Below, piece by piece: positions 52,860-64,000 of a DNA stretch of 64,000 nt. Both the position numbers and the translations under genes were made by a program. Positions within the stretch are counted from its first letter, which is position 1; every line of letters starts with the position of its first letter. The notes beneath the pieces were generated by a model that saw only the letters and a list, made by a program, of their open reading frames with translations, searched no databases and was not told where the DNA came from. Origin of the DNA: Trichoplax adhaerens (lineage: Eukaryota; Animalia; Placozoa); assembly GCF_000150275.1 (NCBI RefSeq), contig NW_002060944.1:3662123-3726122 (forward strand), given 5' to 3'.

Positions 52860-53985
52860 GAGCTATCTAGTAGAAAATCTAATAATCTTGTAAACATTGC
52901 GACTAGTAGCTAAAGTTTAGTTTTCAGAAAGCTGCGTGCTTCTTCTAGTCCATTAAAGTTTTTTGGACAATTTTGAGAACTAGAATCGATGATTTTTAAA
53001 TCAGCTGTAATAGCAATAATTTAGTTTTCTGAAAGCTATATGCTTTTTTAAGTCCGTTAGAAATATGATAATTTTGAGAACTAGAATCGAAGACATTGTA
53101 TTGCAATTATAGTAGCTATTATTTAGTTTTCTGAAAGCTACATATGGTATGTTTATTAATGCTTTAAGTTTTTAGATGGCAAATTATATAAGAATTATTA
53201 CCACGTGCTTTGATAATTCTTGTATGTTGGTATAAAGTAGAGTATTTATACGTTAGTTTAAGTCATATTTTTCTTTTTCTATATATCTAAAGACAAAATG
53301 AGCGTACAGCACTTCCTCTTCTAGGCCTTTAAAAGTTTGATAACTCGATAGTTAAAATCGAAGACTTCAAAGCAATTGCAGAAGCTAACATTTAATTTTC
53401 TGAAAGCTACGTACTTCATCTAGTCCATTAAATGTTTGGTAATTTTGATAGCTAGAATCAAAGACTTTTTAATTACAGCTGTGGTAGCGAATACTTGGTT
53501 TTATGAAAGCTAAATACTTCTTCTAGTCCATCCATAGTTTGACGCTATTAGAAACTAGGATTGATGACTTTAAAATCAATTGTAGTAGCTAAATTCTACT
53601 TTCTGAAAGCTACATACTCCTTCTAGTCCATTAAGAGATTGGTAATTTTGAGAACAGCTACAGAATTGGTGACTTTTAAATCAGTTATAGTAGCTAATAT
53701 TTAGCTTCCTGAATATTGCTTACATCTTTTTCTAGTCCATCAAAGTTTAGCAATTTTGAAAACTAAGATCAAAGACTTTAAAAACAGTTTTGATACCTAA
53801 TATTTAGTTTTCTGAAAGCTACATACTCCTCATTTTAGTCTATTAAGAATTTGGGAATTTTTAGAATTCTTAATCTTTTAAAATAGCTGTAGTGGTTAAT
53901 ATTTAATTTTCTGAAAGCTATTTGCTTCTTCTAGTGTATTTAAAGTTTTGGCAACTTTTGTGAACTAGGATCGTAGACTTTAACA
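52860..53985. repeat. Diverged tandem array, ~100-105-bp unit, about 9-10 copies, directly upstream of Lhx3/4
   Basis: 'tttagttttctgaaagcta…cttcttctagtccattaaa…aattttgagaactagaatc…gacttt' recurs near 52916, 53021, 53122, 53391, 53494, 53597, 53700, 53803 and 53903. Confidence 0.88.
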
Positions 53986-54416
53986 GTTAGTCTTACTTAG
54001 TTTGGCATATCTTCAACAAAAATAATTTGATTAGACGATTTTATCAACCAGGCGCTATTCATATCACGCAGAAAGTCATATATATTGTTGAAATTTACCC
54101 TTTGATCACCAAAGTTAATCAAATTAAGCTTACCATCTGTTACTTGATATTAATCCATTTTCAGCCAATGGCTAGAATATGGCAGCGAGTGCTATTATGT
54201 ATGTATACGTTCACAAATAATGTAAAATAAACCGGATTTAAACAATCGTCGAGGAAATTACAAATGAACTTATAATCCAAGAGCAACGATATGGCTATTG
54301 GTAACATAGATTATAAAGTTCCTGATTTTGTAATTACAGCATTATACACCCTGCTAAGCACTTTTAAATGCTCAATCTTCGGAAATACTGTAAACTGTTC
54401 ATCTAGGGGTTATTGC

Positions 54417-56679
54417 ATGCAAGCACAGGGAGTAGCAACTAGAATAAGAAATATACTTCAAAGGTAAGCAATCTAATAACCAAAATATTAATCAATTAAA
54501 ATTCCGAACTCGTTCCTGTTAGTTAAATTAAAATTATATCAGAAATTTCTTGCTCAAGTTACTGGATTAATTTTTCTAATTATTCTGATGCAGCCATTTA
54601 GATATTCTTAAAATCTTCAAATCATATCTCATACTGTCTCAACTTATTTTATGATATAAGTATTCATTCTTTGTTTTGCATGGTAGATTTAAGTCTTGCA
54701 GAAAAGATTTGAAGCTTTTGGAATTAGATAGTCGCCGAAATGGTAAGATTTCAGTATAGCCATCAGCGTTGAATTTGTGATTTCCATGTTATTTAATTTG
54801 TATAAACTAGAGAATTAAATAATAATTATATGCTTATCAGATAGATTACGTATGTTTTATCGTTTTTATTACAGCAGTAATTGAGTTGAGCTTTTAGACT
54901 AGGTTTCTTAGTCGTTATTACCTGCATGATGGTTTACATAACGACGAGTAATGAAATTTTATTAATATAAAGGATTCACGTATCGAAATTAGACCCAAGC
55001 TACAGCAAAATCTTCAAACAGAAGTCAACGAAGTCAATTATCTTGAAGGTATTCTCATCTAATATGTATAGTAGATTTGATACAGAATTATTGACCATTG
55101 CTTTTAAGGAAATGAATCACTTTCGATCTAATCATTCTGGATCAAGTCGCTTCATAGTCCTACTTTACGTCGTTAGTAATTGTTATGAAACCAATTCTCA
55201 GGGTTCAAATAAATCCGAATAACGGGATTGTTATAGCCGAATTAATCTTTAGGACAAAAAAATTCAAATTATAATAGTATCTACGATAAACTATCGACAA
55301 GAAGAACTCTTGATTTACTCCGTATTCCAGTTATGTACTCTAAGCATGATTTATTAAATCGTGGCAGTAACATTATCACTACGCCTAAAGGATATCGCCA
55401 CGCTTTTACGCGTTACTATAGCGCATTTGAGTCATTTCGATAATAATAAGGAATTTAATCTCAATGCTAATCTCGTAAAATTCTGGCAATACCGTAAATT
55501 TCTAATGACTAACATTGCTATCTTATGTAATTTTTATTTTAGAATTGCTGTGTTTTAAATGCCAAGAAGAAATTCGCGATAGGAACATTTACGAAATGGA
55601 TAATCAATTATGGCACGGCAAATGCATTTCATGTATAGATTGCGGTAAAAACCTCGAAGGAAAATGTTTTGTAAAGGAAGAGTCAATCTATTGCAGCATG
55701 CATTACTACAGGTAACGTAAACTAACCAGTCATTCTCTATAAATAGAGGGATATTGATTCATTTTGAAATAATTGATACTATGATATCCCTACTTAGTAA
55801 TTTATTTCATGAGAGACTACAACTTTTACCTGTAAACTATCATCCTCTTCCTGATACTGCGTCGATTAGTATAGCATGAATTTTAAATTCCTAGTACCCA
55901 ATAATGATGTCATGCTAGATTATACTCATACAACTTTAGATGGTTGATTATTTTTAACACTCAAAGCAAGATTAGCTGTATTTCCAAGAAAAATATTTAC
56001 GTAATTATATGAAGATTTCTTGAAGAATTTAATATATTAAATAATTTTTTAAATACTCCCATTGGAACTATGATGCTATTCGTAACCCTCCCATACTATC
56101 TTGGTATCAACTGGTACACGAAATTGCAATAGACGATTTGGACGTAAATGTCAAGGTTGCAATCTTGGTATCTTACCGGATGAGATGGTTTACCGACTTC
56201 ATGGCTCTTGCTATCATATTAACTGCCTCCTTTGTATAGTATGTAGTAGACAATTTAAAGTAGGCGATAAATATTACATTTCGGATGAAGGTAAACCAAT
56301 TTGTAAAGAAGATTATGATGTCGCCATAATGTGTAGCGATGGTAAGCTAAGTAGCTGCTAAAATGTTGAAAAAATTGCCTGATCTAAAGATTTTCTACAT
56401 ATTGATTAGATATGGATTACCCAATTTATCACAATTTTTTTTGTAGATTTTCAGCTACATCATCCCAATCTTAAACGACCTCGAACATCTATAACACAAC
56501 AGCAGTTAAAAATGCTTAATTCGGTCTATCGAATTAAACCGAGACCAAGTAGAATTACCAGAGAAATGATTGCTACCAAGGTTGGTTTAGATTTAAGGGT
56601 CGTCCAAGTTTGGTTTCAGAATAAACGTGCTAAAGATAAGAGATCAATTACTTCAGCCCATTCAATCATAACTGAATAA
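54417..56679 (+). CDS. Lhx3/4: LIM homeobox transcription factor, Lhx3/4 (Lim3) subfamily, divergent
   Basis: Exons 54417-54463 and 54702-54742 (tentative N-terminus), 55543-55711 (LIM1), 56133-56341 (LIM2: RFGRKCQGCNLGILPDEMV…GDKYYISDEGKPICKEDY) and 56447-56679 with the homeodomain [58 protein letters not shown] (compare Lhx3 KRPRTTIT…[20 protein letters not shown]). Confidence 0.85.
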
Positions 56680-56879
56680 TTGATTCTATTGAAATAACTT
56701 AATTGTAGACCAAGCATATGCATTAGACGACCGGCTCCCATTATGACAAATATTATCGGATATTGGCAGTAATTTATGCCCGTATTCGCTTTGCGATTAA
56801 TTAAAAACTTTACTTACCTGTGTTAAGGATGATTAGCCATGATTCTAACATTAATAGTTTCAATTCAACGAGCTAACGA

Positions 56880-57200
56880 GGGAGCTAATTAAAGCATTTT
56901 TTAAAGTAGATACTGCTACCGCAGTATTACAGTACTTGATAATCTATGTTAAATTGGCTACAATACTAGATATTTACTTGTATGTGTAGCAATTTGGATT
57001 ATTATGGCCAGTTATAGAAATCTTTACGCTATAAATATGTAAGTTCCTATGCGCTTGTTAGTAAGAGAGCTAATTAAGCATTTTTAAGGTAGATATTACC
57101 ACCGTAATATTACTTGATTATCTATATCGGATTGGATATAATACTAAATGTTTACTTGTTTGTATAATGATCTGAATTATTTCAGCCAGTTATTAAAATT
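56880..57200. repeat. Two-copy direct repeat (~135-bp core, ~185-bp period) just 3' of Lhx3/4
   Basis: 'gagctaatta.agcatttt…gtagata…accg…tacttgat.atctat…ttgg…aatacta…tttacttgt…gccagttat' at 56882 and 57067. Confidence 0.75.
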
Positions 57201-58865
57201 ATAATTCATTAATTCAAATTCATATTCTTAATAAAATTGAAGTTAATGGAAGAATTAACCAGACTTAGAATATTGGTTCGATGTGTTGATACTGGATGCA
57301 GTCTTTGTACTGAGATCTATACTTTTAATATTGTTACCCCTAATTGCCGTACCGAATTTACTATATGCTCAATTGTTATGTTTACGACTCCCATCACTAA
57401 TTAGCAAGATTGCGGTTGCGAAAAATGATAAATAAGCGAGTATCAAACATGCATATGCTGTCACAAAATTACATTCTTTTCTAGCATTTATTCTACCATA
57501 ACAATCTCAATGTAATTAACTCAACCTTATTACAGCAGTATAGATTTTACTAATCTATATTATATAAAAAACTTGTATGTATGGGAACACTAGTAATTAA
57601 ATAGCATTTTATTACTGGGATTGTGCTATAATTCTCAACTCTAATTCAATCTGGCATTGTAGTTTAGATTATCATCACTAAAATCATATCAAAAGAAACC
57701 TTTGCATAATATGTTAGATGCCTGACGTCCGTTGGTGAGGGTACATTGCCCAAAAGCCTTTGAACCTTATCTTACAAAAATTTTGAATTCCTCAGTATTA
57801 GTAAACATGAATTAACAATTGTCTCTCATTGCTAAGGTTGGTGATTGTCTGGATATACCCTCCAATTAGAAAACATCAATGTTATGATTGGAATTGATCT
57901 TACGTATAGCGTGGCAATATAAATTACGATATACCCTTTAGCGATTTTAAAATTATGTCTAACTAATTCTTACTAGCGCTCACCTGTAGCTACTTGGCAG
58001 TAACAAAATAGATATGTAAGTATACTACGTTAATATGAAATACTATCATCAATTAATAATATGCCGCTGATGTTTTAGTAGCTTTCCTACTATATAGAGA
58101 GCATATCTGCATTATTTTAGAACTAATTACAGGTCCATTCTAGCTTTATCAAAGCCAGTTCTTGTTCATTTATTGTTATGTAGAAATATTAAATCGTGCA
58201 TCATACTCATGCGAGTAGGATAATTAAACATTCTATTTTATACCATAATCGTCATCCAGTTTTATCCTGCCTATAAATTTATACTCGTTTCTATACATAG
58301 GTGTCTATGGCACGAAATATCTCGTAAATTATTTGATATGGATTGTTGTTTTTCAAAACAGTAGCAAATGTAACTAATTTGAAAGTATCGAAATAAATAT
58401 TTGATATAAAAATTTATTCTGCAATAGACGACGCATGCATTAATTCGCTTTCAAATGGAATCAACAGTACAGTTAGGCTCGAAAATGAATACTACGAACA
58501 GTATAGTGGGCTTGCTATCATCCAGCAATAGCCTATTAAGAAATAGAAATCGTAATAACTTCCTGCATGCAGTACTAATAGCTAGTTAAATTAAAAATTA
58601 GAAAGATTGATAGATATTAATCAGTAAAAACGAAATACAGATCCTACGTGTTTAACAATCTTACTGAGCGATGCTATTATGATCTATGCCATAAATATTC
58701 TTGCATTTGCCATCTTTGACGACAACTATAAGATTCGTTAACACATGCATGTATAGTATATTTGACTGTCAGTGAAAGATCAGTTCTAATAGTGCTAAAC
58801 ATCTTAGATATGGTTTAAAATAAGTCACAAGAAGAAAATTTGGACACCTAAAATACAAGTAAATT

Positions 58866-59143
58866 ATCCCAATAGCCAAGTCAACTACTTCATAACCTAT
58901 CTGATAGACACTTCCAACAACTTTATGGCCAGGTGTTGTCGAATGATAATTGACTCCTCTCTCTGCAAATTTCATGAATCCTCCTTCACTAAATTCGTAG
59001 TCACCATCCTATAAGCACAGATCACTATGGCAAAAGTCTACATCATTCACCTTAATCACAGCCTCATCATGAGTAGCTTTGAGCAGCCGGATTTCGTGAA
59101 CTTAGACAGGGGAAGCTGTCTTAGCAACTTGTGTAGCCTTCAT
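58866..59143 (-). pseudogene. Pseudogenic N-terminal fragment of a Zn-dependent medium-chain alcohol dehydrogenase (6-hydroxyhexanoate dehydrogenase-like)
   Basis: Translation from ATG 59143: MKATQVAKTASPV*VHEIRLLKATHDEAVIKVNDVDFCHSDLCL*DGDYEFSEGGFMKFAERGVNYHSTTPGHKVVGSVYQIGYEVVDLAIG. It has the CHSD Zn-ligand motif and a degraded GHExxGxV motif, with in-frame stops at 59104-59102 and 59011-59009. Confidence 0.8.
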
Positions 59144-59261
59144 TATTTTTGGCAGGCGAAATGAAATCAATGTTGCGGTAAAAATAAAGTAAATACAGTA
59201 AATTCTCAGCGACCAAATCCACCGATGCTAGATTACTTCTCCTACTTGCTGTACTTAACCT

Positions 59262-59303
59262 TGGACTACTAACATGTTTCCTTGGGAACATATTAGTAGT
59301 CCA
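59262..59303. repeat. Near-perfect 20-bp inverted repeat (hairpin)
   Basis: tggactactaacatgtttcc-tt-gggaacatattagtagtcca; the arms are complementary at 18 of 20 positions. Confidence 0.75.
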
Positions 59304-62300
59304 TGACTAAACCGGGCTGGATGATACAGTTCACGACAAATTATGATAGCCTGCTATAAACCATACTATCTCTACTTTATGATACGAGTATATCGTAAAC
59401 AAGTATGCTGGTCTATCTAGCGGTAAGGTATAAAACTATAAGCTTGCTTTTCATAGGGTCTCCAATTTTAGTAGCTAGATATATTGAGTCCTGGACGGTA
59501 TTTCTAGCTCCAGACTCTTCTCAATTTTCGTAATTGAATGCAAAGTTATACTTCAGTACAGTGCACTAAATTCGCGTGATATCGTTTTCATTGATAACAA
59601 TTTTGATGTGTTTCTACTCATAGTTAGCGGTTAAAATGGTCATTACACCATATCATCTGTATACGATTTACTCCACACTAAATCGATATGATCGAATTTT
59701 TAAAGGGAAGTTTTAAGTAGTCCGTGAAAGCAGCTGATTTCTTCCCTGTTAAATAGAGTTTATAATAAGCTCGATCTTATCATTTTACTATAAATTCTAC
59801 TATCATAGTTCTGAAAGAAATTGCTGCATATATTTATTTCTTATCTTAAAATTGATGATGCAGAATAGCTAAAAATTACTACTCTAATATCGGATTATGT
59901 ACTACTATTAAATCTAAACAGTTGAAATCTCATATAATGAGAAGTCTGATGGTTGATATTACCATCAACTCCAAAGTATTTAGTCTAGATTAAGATAATA
60001 CTCGGGAAGATAACCATACACTCTAATATATTTTGGATGAAAACAGACTTCTATGATTAATAAAGTATGCGATATATCAGTAATAAACGGAATAAAACAC
60101 ACATCTGTAAACGGTTAACAAAATGAATTGGTACAGTATACCTTTATTTCAATTCTTCTCATGAATCGATAGAAGAAGTTGCAGCTTTAATGACTCGGGT
60201 ACATTAGAACAACCTAGTAGTTGATCATTTGTAGGCTCTCAAATGAATTTATTATTAAGATCAATGGAACTGATATTACGAATATTATATAGTATAATCA
60301 ATTAACAAAAATCCTATTCAGTAACATTAGGTAATAGTTTAGGCGATTGACTACTGTTAAGTTAGCGCTCTGTTGATTATAGCCGAATATTAGAAGATAG
60401 TATAATGCAATAGTAAATCGATATAGCTAACTACTTATAGCAATAATACGGTACCATGCAACATAAACAAACGCAAAATTTTGCATACATTGAGTACGAG
60501 CACTATCTACTCTACTCGATCAATATTTACAGTAAAGCTATCCTATTCTTAGTTCTTTACATTAAAGTATTGAAAACATAAAAAAAGTTAATCATCAATT
60601 AAAAGTTAAGGTTATACTCTTACAGCAATAAATATCTAAACTACATCTTTAAAAAATGTTTATAAGTTTATCGATCAACTTTATTTTAAAATCTCGTATG
60701 GTGTCTTTGAGGTAGATGATTTGAAAAGTAGAATATATGGTTGTAGGCTTTATTGTGTTATTCTATGGAGAATTAAAGTAGAGTATCTAATAATACAAAT
60801 AATATTACCGATACATCAAACAAACTACGCGTATAATAGTAAGAAACATAATCTGATATGGTAGCTTCTTCCAGTTGGTAGTGCAAATAGGTCATCAAGC
60901 TGCATATGATACTGAAGCTATATCGCAAAATTAATTACCGATCACTTCAAGTTGATTGTTTAATCATCATTGAAAACATGTGCAGATGAACTTAATTTTA
61001 TATTAATTTTACGATTCTGCTGCCAGTCAACAATCTCTTTCCAATTATAAATTATTGTTATTTATTTTGTAAGCGAAAAATAAGCAATCCCTATATCTTT
61101 TATTCTAGTAAATAACTTAATATAACGATATACCAACGGAAGAATCCCAGTATCTTAGATACGTCACTGTATATTCTAATAATAAATCTGTTCATGGACT
61201 AATTAGAAAAATTGATACGGCCTATCAGGTGATAGTTTAAAAAAAGCTTTAAATCGGTTGCTTTGGCAAATCGACTCTGTAATGATTTCTTTGAACAAAT
61301 TAGTTAATCGCTTCTTTACTTGCCAAGTATAATAATATATTATTATCTTATTTCCAGTAATTGACTACAATGTTAAGAAGACATAAAGTAAATATACCTA
61401 TTTGTTTACACAATACTAATTAGTTAATTGATTTCATCATGAATATAAAAGGTCATCCCATGTGTACTGAACGATATAAACTACTAAGGTGCATATATAT
61501 ATATATATAATCATTAAACTGTCAATATAATAAATAAGAATTTGTTGTTCTTTAATTTACAAAATAGGTAAAAGTAAATGGATACCATTAGATTAATTTA
61601 CCAGATCCCCTTTAGCCTGTCATAATTTATGCATAATTTTATTTATAAGTGATTACAGAAATGCGTTTTGATAATCAAATAATTTAGTATTTGATCTTGG
61701 GTTTTTACCGTTTTAAGGTCAAGAAGATAATATTGATAATAGTATATTTCTGATGACATTTTATATGAGATGATTATATTATTTGATTTTATAATTTTAT
61801 TGCGATATCAAAGCTGTACAGCATCTCGAATATAGTTGCCTATAGCTTTAATGAGATAAAGTTGGAAAGTGCTTGTCAGCCTTCTACTGCATCCTGGACA
61901 AATAGTTATCCATGTTACGCTTGCATAAGTACTATACCGTAGATAGAACTTTACGTTCACTACAATATATTCTTGTACCGAAAGAAGCTATTCTAAGCAT
62001 GAACATACGTGTCTAACGATACGGTATATAATAAAAGTGATAATGATAATATCATTACATATACAGTATTGCAATTATATTAGCACTGTTTTTCATTTTT
62101 ATATAGAGATACCTACTAGTTCATAATTAGTTGGCATTTTATTACAACTTATTTATTGTATATACGAATATATATGCGTCAATTAGTTCGTCTTTAGATG
62201 CTCTCAAGCTTTGATAGTATGGAATAATATACTTTAAATTGAGAATAAAAAGGAAAAGTGCTTTTCTTCGTGATTGAAGTTAAAATTATGAATAGGGAAA

Positions 62301-62722
62301 TTTACATCGCTGTAATAGGACACTACAATTTTATACTACAAAATTACGCCCTATATTTATAAAATAAGTAGCTAAGGGATAAAAGCCAAATTACCTAGAC
62401 TCTGTATTAAATGCAAATCGAATTTAAAATTTCTATCGATTTTAAGGAAAATCAAGAAATACGTATTATGTAATACTATCATAATCGTTAATAATTTCTT
62501 ACTCAACAACTTAATTTCCTTCATATTTTAATAATTCAAGATCTTATTACATTTGCAATGTGGGTGATGATAATTTTAAAATCAGAACACTTGTAATGTT
62601 AATAAAATTTTTCTCTCCTTCATGTATCTTTTTTGTCGAAATTCAGTTCGACATAAAATGTTATGTAAGACTAAGATTGACTTCAAATTCATATTATTAT
62701 TAATAGCTAATGATCGGAATTT

Positions 62723-62963
62723 TTAGCTCCGGCATAAAGAATTATTCATCGTCTTCTTTGTGGCCAACGATGTATTACTGTGATGTTCACATACTATATG
62801 GCCGTTAACTAGTCGGAAACGATCACCCGATGTTAATCGACTTGTACATACTACACAGGTAAAGCAATTGGGATGGTAAGCTCTCTGATTTAACTTGAGA
62901 ACCATCTCGTCGGGTGATATTGCCTGAAGACAACCTGCACAGCTGCCACCACTACCAAAGCGC
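62723..62963 (-). CDS. LMO: Final exon (LIM2) of a LIM-only protein, LMO4-like; upstream exons lie beyond the window
   Basis: After the acceptor 'tacag|' at 62964 the frame reads RFGSGGSCAGCLQAISPDEMVLKLNQRAYHPNCFTCVVCTSRLTSGDRFRLVNGHIVCEHH…stop. Compare LMO4 RLFGNSGACSACGQSIPASELV…CFTCSTCRNRLVPGDRF..NG…CEHD. Confidence 0.85.
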
Positions 62964-64000
62964 CTGTAGAATAGTAATAGTGGCATTTAATATTATGACA
63001 TGTTTTATGATCTATAAAGAAACTTTGAAGATGAAAGAATACAATCATCATTTCATACTGTAGTCAAATAAGAATACTACCATGCTATTATAAATATTAA
63101 TTATCATAACAACAATAACGAGTAATAAAAATCAATATATGTAATCATCATGATCAATATAATTATCATAATAAGAATGACGAAGTAATAAAGTATAATC
63201 AATTTATTGCTAAGATCAGTTTATGATTATACTGTAGAAGTGTAAACCAATGAATCAGAATATTATGTAATCTTGTGATATGAGCTATACTAATTATAAA
63301 AGCAATCATTTTTAATGATATCAAAAAAGATAATAGGTGTAATTAAAATTAATTGGAAACAGATCATAATGTTATTAAATCATAAAAAACTTGTCAACTG
63401 ATGAGTAGCCTCTGCCAACCTAATACTCTTTTCTTTTCTTAGGCAACTCATAGTAAGTCATTGTACAATTTTAAATATCGATTTTTCCTCTTTCTCTCTC
63501 TCTCCTTTTGGATTGAAAAGTTAAAACGAATTTAACCTTGGGATAATATTTCATGGTTGAATAGAATAGAAAATGATTGAATTATTCTAATTGATATGTT
63601 CTATTAATGACAAGGGGGAAAAAAGAGAATCACACCGTATTCTTCTTGCTTATTGCTTTTCTTCACCTTTAATTCATAATATTGTTTGAAGATATTATTC
63701 GTTAAAAAAAGATTGCGATTGATGAGAAAAATTGAGCTAACCTTAAATGCTCAACTACAGTTATCTTGTACACCTGGTGTCTAACAGGGTTGAATATGAT
63801 GACAATGAGAATCATTTCATTTCATTTTGTTGAACGATTTCAAGTTGAATAAGTGAAGATAATTAGAAAATAGTAGGATATTTAATCCCTATAAAAATAT
63901 CGGTGTCTATGGAGGATGTAGTTATGTATAGCAAGTTTACATATATTGAAGTAAACGACTTTCACCCAACTGAAAACAATTACTTGATTTATTCAAACCA

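Noticed and set aside
24400-64000. Numerous TAATTA/ATTA words as LIM-HD autoregulatory sites
   Set aside because: Expected at high frequency at this AT content; enrichment cannot be shown by eye.
1-64000. tRNA, rRNA, transposase or reverse-transcriptase genes
   Set aside because: None recognised by eye; covariance-model and repeat-library scans were not possible, so small ncRNAs cannot be excluded.

Overview
AT-rich, intron-dense eukaryotic genomic DNA with short GT-AG introns. It is most consistent with a non-bilaterian animal, probably a placozoan (Trichoplax-like); this is inferred from gene content and compactness, not proven. From left to right: (1) the 3' part of a large, extremely acidic tandem-repeat protein with ~40/80-aa HESEGEA repeats followed by ~25 ~20-aa YDEHGNAY (YD/RHS-like) repeats; (2) a multi-exon DENND1/connecdenn gene on the minus strand; (3) an intronless MAJIN-like meiotic telomere-attachment gene on the minus strand, head-to-head with (4) PPP1R10/PNUTS; then a LIM cluster of (5) Lmx LIM-homeobox (+), (6) an Lhx6/8-type two-LIM gene with no detectable homeodomain (-), (7) Lhx3/4 LIM-homeobox (+) and (8) the last exon of an LMO4-like LIM-only gene (-). 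Each LIM-homeobox gene converges on a LIM-only gene. The window also has a stop-interrupted Zn-alcohol-dehydrogenase pseudogene fragment, several local tandem repeats, and palindromic (ACTGTACAGT)n clusters near housekeeping-gene 5' ends. All gene calls come from manual translation and recalled family motifs; no database searches were run.
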